Positions 59,306 through 64,000 of a stretch of DNA of 64,000 nucleotides are shown piece by piece. Each line of letters starts with the position of its first letter. The stretch's first letter is position 1. The position numbers and the translations under genes were made by a program. Source of the stretch: Candidatus Kapaibacterium sp. (GTDB lineage: Bacteria; Bacteroidota; Ignavibacteria; Kapaibacteriales; UBA2268); the NCBI GenBank assembly GCA_963664875.1, contig OY761611.1:3763815-3827814 (forward strand). Direction: 5' to 3'. Below the pieces are notes generated by a model. That model ran no database searches, had not been told where the DNA came from, and saw only the letters and a list, made by a program, of their open reading frames with translations.

Positions 59306-62104
59306 ATGGAATTCTGTAACAGATTATGCAGCATCAAATGTTTAAGTTTAGTAGCATTAGTGATGCTCCTTTCAAGCTCAAGCCTTTTTGCAGCAGGTTC
59401 GTTGAAAGGTATTATAATCGATTCGGATAACTCTCTGGCAATGCCCGGAGCAAGAATTCAATTAGAAAAAACCAGCTATGGTGCTATTTCAAAACAGAAC
59501 GGCGAGTTTACAGTAGCTAACATTCCGGCAGGTGATTACAAACTTGTTGTAACTTATATTGGTTACGAAAAATTTGAAAAAGACATCAAGATAGCAGATG
59601 GAAAAACTTCTTACGAAAAAATACAGCTGAAAGCCGGCATAGTAAGAACTCAAAACGTAGTAGTTTACGGAGAAGCTCTAAAAGGTCAGGCAAAGGCACT
59701 TACTCAGCAGCAAAACAATATGCAGATTTCAAATATAGTTGCGTCTGACCAAATTGGTAAATTCCCTGATGCAAATATCGGTGATGCGATGAAACGTATC
59801 CCGGGTATTACTGTTCAGTATGATCAAGGCGAAGCTCGTTTTGGTTTGGTTCGTGGTACAGCAGCCCGCTTGAACTCTGTGATGATAAACGGCGAACGTA
59901 TTCCTTCTGCTGAAGCAGAAACACGTTCGGTGCAGTTAGACCTTGTTTCCGCTGACATGATTCAAAATATTGAAGTGAGCAAAGCAGTAACTCCTGATAT
60001 GGATGCTGATGCTATCGGTGGATCTATCAACTTGATTACAAGAACTACTCCTAACGGACAGAGAGCTTCTGTTACTCTCGGTAGTGGATATAATATGCTT
60101 TCTGAAAAGCCAATTTATAATACTTCAGTAGTTGCAGGTGACAGATTTTTTGACAACAAACTTGGTGTAATTATCTCAGGTTCTTACAAAAATCACCATT
60201 TGGGTTCTGACAACTTCGAAGCTGAATGGTTCCAAGAAGACGGTAAAGCTTATTTGGGCGATTTTCAGGTAAGAGCTTATGATGTACAACGCGTTCGTCA
60301 ATCTTTATCTGCGGGTTTGGACTATAAATTTGACAATAATCACAGCATTTTTATGAATACTATTATTACTCAGAGAAATGACTGGGAAAACAGATATAGA
60401 TTGAGATACTATCTTGGTGATGGTGATAATGATGGTATTCCTAATGAAAACGGAATAGTTGATGGTGTTGAAATAAGAAGAGAAACCAAAGGCGGTATCG
60501 GTAACGATGCAAATGATTTTGCACGTTTGGAAGATCAGAGAAACTATAATTTTTCTTTAGGTGGCGATCACTTATTTGCTGATTATTTGAAAATGGACTG
60601 GTCAGCTACTTGGGCAAAAGCTTCGGAAGAAAGACCAAACGAACGATACATGACTTACAGAACAAAAAAAGCATCAGTGCAGTTGAGTGCATTGGATTCT
60701 GAGGAGCCAATGATTTCTCAAATTTCCGAAACTGACCTTGGCGAATGGTCTTTGAAGGAAATCACCGAACAATATCAATATACCGAAGATATAGATATGA
60801 ATGCAAGAATTGATTTCCAGATGCCATTGATGCAGGGCGAATATAAATCAATTTTGAAATTTGGTGGTCGCTACAGAGGTAAAGATAAAAAAAGAGATAA
60901 CAATTTCTTCGAATACTCTCCAATCGAGGGTCTTGAAAATATGACTGATGCCGGCTTGGTAGATATGACTGATGATAATTTCCTTGCAGGTGATTATAAA
61001 GCAGGTCAATTTGTATCAAATGAGTATTTGGGTAATCTTAATCTTAGCAATTCAGCATTATTTGAAAAAGAAGATGTTCCTGCTGAGTATGCAGGTGGTA
61101 ATTTTAATGCAACAGAAAAAATTATTGCCGGTTACGCAATGTTGACTCAAAATGTTGGTAAAAAACTAACTGTACTTGCAGGTGTACGCTTTGAAAATAC
61201 TTCTTTAGATTATAACGCTTATGCTTTCGATGATGAAACTGAAAAAGCAACACCAACTTCAGGCAGCGATGATTATCTAAACGTGCTTCCTGCTATTCAC
61301 GCAAAATATAATGTTACTGATCAATTATTGGTACGTGCTGCATGGACAAACACAATCGCACGTCCAAACTATTTTGACATTGCTCCATACAGAATTCTTG
61401 AAGTTGAAGATAACAGAATTGAAGTAGGTAATCCTGATTTGGAGCCTACAAAATCTATGAATTTTGATTTGATGGCTGAAAATTATTTCGAATCTATTGG
61501 TTTAGTTTCTGCCGGCGTATTTTATAAAGATTTGACTGATTTTATCTTTGCTTATAGAGAAGATGACTACACAGAACCCGGAACAGGTACAGTATTTGAC
61601 AGATATACTCAACCAAGAAACGGTGCAAGTGCTACAATTTTCGGTTTCGAAATCGGCGCTCAAAGACAGCTTGACTTCTTGCCATCTTTCTTGAAAAACT
61701 TCAGCGTATATGCAAACTACACTTATACAAAATCTGAAGTAGATGGTCTTCCAATGGAAGGTAGAGAAGATGAAAAATTAGGTTTGCCGGGCACTGCTAA
61801 AAATATGATTAATGGTTCTATTTCTTATGACACAAAAGACTTTACAGTAAGGCTATCAGTAAACCACACATCTGACTATGTAGATGAGTTTGGCGATGAA
61901 GCATTTGAAGACAGATACTATGACAAACAAACATTTGTGGATATGAACGCTTCTTATGCTTTGACAGATCAATTTAGAATTTATGCTGAAGCAAACAACC
62001 TAACAAATCAGCCATTGCGCTATTACCAAGGTGTAAGCGGACGTACAATGCAGGCGGAATATTACAATATGAGATTCAATTTTGGTGTTAAGTTCGATTT
62101 ATAG
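59306..62104 (+). CDS. TonB-dependent receptor with N-terminal carboxypeptidase-like regulatory domain
   Basis: GGAGG RBS; IGKFPDANIGDAMKRIPGI plug; IEVSKAVTPDMDADAIGGSINL; GNPDLEP; C-terminal GVKFDL. Confidence 0.92.
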   Translation: MEFCNRLCSIKCLSLVALVMLLSSSSLFAAGSLKGIIIDSDNSLAMPGARIQLEKTSYGAISKQNGEFTVANIPAGDYKLVVTYIGYEKFEKDIKIADGKTSYEKIQLKAGIVRTQNVVVYGEALKGQAKALTQQQNNMQISNIVASDQIGKFPDANIGDAMKRIPGITVQYDQGEARFGLVRGTAARLNSVMINGERIPSAEAETRSVQLDLVSADMIQNIEVSKAVTPDMDADAIGGSINLITRTTPNGQRASVTLGSGYNMLSEKPIYNTSVVAGDRFFDNKLGVIISGSYKNHHLGSDNFEAEWFQEDGKAYLGDFQVRAYDVQRVRQSLSAGLDYKFDNNHSIFMNTIITQRNDWENRYRLRYYLGDGDNDGIPNENGIVDGVEIRRETKGGIGNDANDFARLEDQRNYNFSLGGDHLFADYLKMDWSATWAKASEERPNERYMTYRTKKASVQLSALDSEEPMISQISETDLGEWSLKEITEQYQYTEDIDMNARIDFQMPLMQGEYKSILKFGGRYRGKDKKRDNNFFEYSPIEGLENMTDAGLVDMTDDNFLAGDYKAGQFVSNEYLGNLNLSNSALFEKEDVPAEYAGGNFNATEKIIAGYAMLTQNVGKKLTVLAGVRFENTSLDYNAYAFDDETEKATPTSGSDDYLNVLPAIHAKYNVTDQLLVRAAWTNTIARPNYFDIAPYRILEVEDNRIEVGNPDLEPTKSMNFDLMAENYFESIGLVSAGVFYKDLTDFIFAYREDDYTEPGTGTVFDRYTQPRNGASATIFGFEIGAQRQLDFLPSFLKNFSVYANYTYTKSEVDGLPMEGREDEKLGLPGTAKNMINGSISYDTKDFTVRLSVNHTSDYVDEFGDEAFEDRYYDKQTFVDMNASYALTDQFRIYAEANNLTNQPLRYYQGVSGRTMQAEYYNMRFNFGVKFDL

Positions 62105-62130
62105 TGTGACAACTACAATTCCCAATTACC

Positions 62131-62161
62131 ACAAGCCGTCTCCAAAAGAGGCGGCTTGTTT
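62131..62161 (+). terminator. Terminator after the TonB receptor
   Basis: ACAAGCCGTCTC-CAAAA-GAGGCGGCTTGT. Confidence 0.7.
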
Positions 62162-62367
62162 AGTTATATATTCGGCAGATAGAAAAAGAAATTATGTCAC
62201 AATTAAATTCAAAAATAAGTTTAATTTGAATATTTTTTGTTTGAATGGAATCAACACGGCATTAAGCAGGATTTGTAATAATTAACTATTTGTTTTTAAG
62301 ATGTGAATTTCTTAGATTATGAAATTACGTGAGTTTTTAGTTTTACACTTCAATATTGGACATCGAT

Positions 62368-64000
62368 ATGACTAATCGTAACAGAATGACGTTGATTCGA
62401 AGATTAAAGACACGAATTTCAGTTTTAGAACAAAAAATGGAACATTTATTTCCGCAACGTTCCGGTAATGAGAAAGCACAAATGACCAAGATTGATATTA
62501 CTCACAATCTTTTCAAACTGATTGCAGAAAATACTTCAGATGGTATTTTGATTGCAAATTCGGATTCAACTATAGAATATGTTTCATCGGCATATTCGAA
62601 GCAATTAGGGTATGAAGACGACGAAGAAATTGGCAGGACTGCAGAGGACATTTATAATATAATACATCCGGATGATCGTGACTTGCTTTTTGCAAAAATA
62701 TATGACGCTATCGGCAAAAAGAAAAGTGATTTGATTTATAGTTTTAGAGCAAGACATAAATTAGGGCATTATATCTGGCGTGAAGATCATGCAAAGTTTA
62801 ATTATGATGATGAAGGTAACCATATCAATAGTTTTGTGATAGCCAGAGATATTACAGAAAGAGTGTTGCTTGATGAACAGTTAGCTGCTATGCAAAAAGT
62901 ATTAAGGGAAGCACCGGTCTCTATTGTTATAACTGATACTGATGCTAAAATACTTTATGCCAATCCATACTTTTCCGAAATTACGGGTTATTCGTTCGAT
63001 GAATTATTGTATCAATCTACTTCAATTTTGCGGTCTGGCTATCATCCTGACGAATATTATAAAAAGTTGTGGGACAAAATATCTGCAGGTAATTCATGGG
63101 AAGGAATCTTTTGCAATAAGAAGAAAGATGGTACTCTATATTGGGAGCGTAGTATTATAATTCCTGTCAAGAATAAAACTAAAGAAATTACAAATTATAT
63201 TGCGATAAAAACTGATATATCACAACAAAGAGAGCAAGAATTTCTTTTATCTCAAAGAAAACATGAATATGATGCTATAAATCAGAGCATACCTTTAATC
63301 TCATGGAAGTTCAAGTTAGATAAAAATCGAAACATAATCAGTAAGTATGTATCAAACTTTGTGAATGATTTAATAGATATAACTGAAGACCAAGTAAGAA
63401 ATGACTTTAATCAGTACCTTAAACATGTTTTACCAGAGTATAGAGAAGGGCTAATCAATTCTATCTATAACAGGTTTGATAACCCAAATACAAACATATC
63501 TTATGAATATCAATTAAAAGCTACAAACGGAGAATTACATTGGTTAGCTTCCACTGGGTTTGCTGTGTTTGAGGAAGGGGATTTAGTTAGCTACGGCTCA
63601 ACTATTGATATTACAGAGCGACGTAAGTTAGAACAATCTTTGATCAAAGCTAATTTTAGGATGGAAGTTGCTGCAGATTCTGCAGGTATAGGTATTTGGG
63701 AATTGCAAACGAAAAACAATCAATTGATTTGGGATGATTGGATGTTCAAACTGTACGATTTACCTAAGGAAGAGTTTGACGGGACTATTAACTCATGGAA
63801 GAAAAATGTGTATGAAGAGGATATAGATGCAGCGTTGAATAATGTTCAGCAGGCTCTCGAGGGCAAAAAAGAATTCAATACAGAATTTAGAGTAAGATTC
63901 AATGACGGTAGTTTGCGATATCTCAAAGCATTTGGAAAAGTAATCAGAGACCAAAATAACGAACCAGAGTATATGATTGGTGTTAACTATGATATTACAC
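62368..64000 (+). CDS. Multi-PAS sensor protein (3'-truncated; probable histidine kinase or diguanylate cyclase)
   Basis: Absent from the ORF track (no stop in the window). Frame 1 from ATG 62368: IAENTSDGI, IHPDDR, ARDITER, APVSIVITD...YANP, TIDITERR, AGIGIWE...WDDWMFKLY, GVNYDIT. Confidence 0.85.
   Translation, partial: MTNRNRMTLIRRLKTRISVLEQKMEHLFPQRSGNEKAQMTKIDITHNLFKLIAENTSDGILIANSDSTIEYVSSAYSKQLGYEDDEEIGRTAEDIYNIIHPDDRDLLFAKIYDAIGKKKSDLIYSFRARHKLGHYIWREDHAKFNYDDEGNHINSFVIARDITERVLLDEQLAAMQKVLREAPVSIVITDTDAKILYANPYFSEITGYSFDELLYQSTSILRSGYHPDEYYKKLWDKISAGNSWEGIFCNKKKDGTLYWERSIIIPVKNKTKEITNYIAIKTDISQQREQEFLLSQRKHEYDAINQSIPLISWKFKLDKNRNIISKYVSNFVNDLIDITEDQVRNDFNQYLKHVLPEYREGLINSIYNRFDNPNTNISYEYQLKATNGELHWLASTGFAVFEEGDLVSYGSTIDITERRKLEQSLIKANFRMEVAADSAGIGIWELQTKNNQLIWDDWMFKLYDLPKEEFDGTINSWKKNVYEEDIDAALNNVQQALEGKKEFNTEFRVRFNDGSLRYLKAFGKVIRDQNNEPEYMIGVNYDIT

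Noticed and set aside
62942-63160. 72-aa ORF
   Set aside because: Out-of-frame shadow inside the PAS sensor gene starting at 62368.

Overview
AT-rich bacterial chromosomal segment. T9SS-type C-terminal sorting domains, a TonB receptor, Bacteroidota/Chlorobi-type sdhCAB, strong GGAGG Shine-Dalgarno sites and flagellar export genes suggest the Ignavibacteria/Kapabacteria side of the FCB group (inference only). Recognisable genes: sdhCAB, glutamate dehydrogenase, NSS/OPT/MFS transporters, tilS-hpt-ftsH, fliPQR, YgiQ radical SAM, beta-propeller phytase with a TonB-dependent receptor, and a PAS sensor running off the right edge. A giant multi-domain glycosyltransferase runs off the left edge. No rRNA, tRNA, CRISPR array or transposase gene was seen. 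The most interesting items are: (1) a sensor/PPDK-like ATP-grasp/nucleotidyltransferase fusion divergently paired with gdh, a candidate covalent regulator of GDH; (2) two dispersed Rhs-derived toxin/immunity cassette fields (about 24-27.8 kb and 36-38.8 kb) punctuated by repeated Rhs-core fragments, including an HExxH toxin whose core is broken by a 31-nt REP-like insert; (3) a 22-33-nt palindromic element nested inside other repeats, with filled and empty alleles both visible; (4) an HMG-CoA-lyase-like + CoA-transferase + LeuCD-like cluster that looks like a catabolic citramalate-type route. All calls come from reading motifs by eye; no database searches were run.
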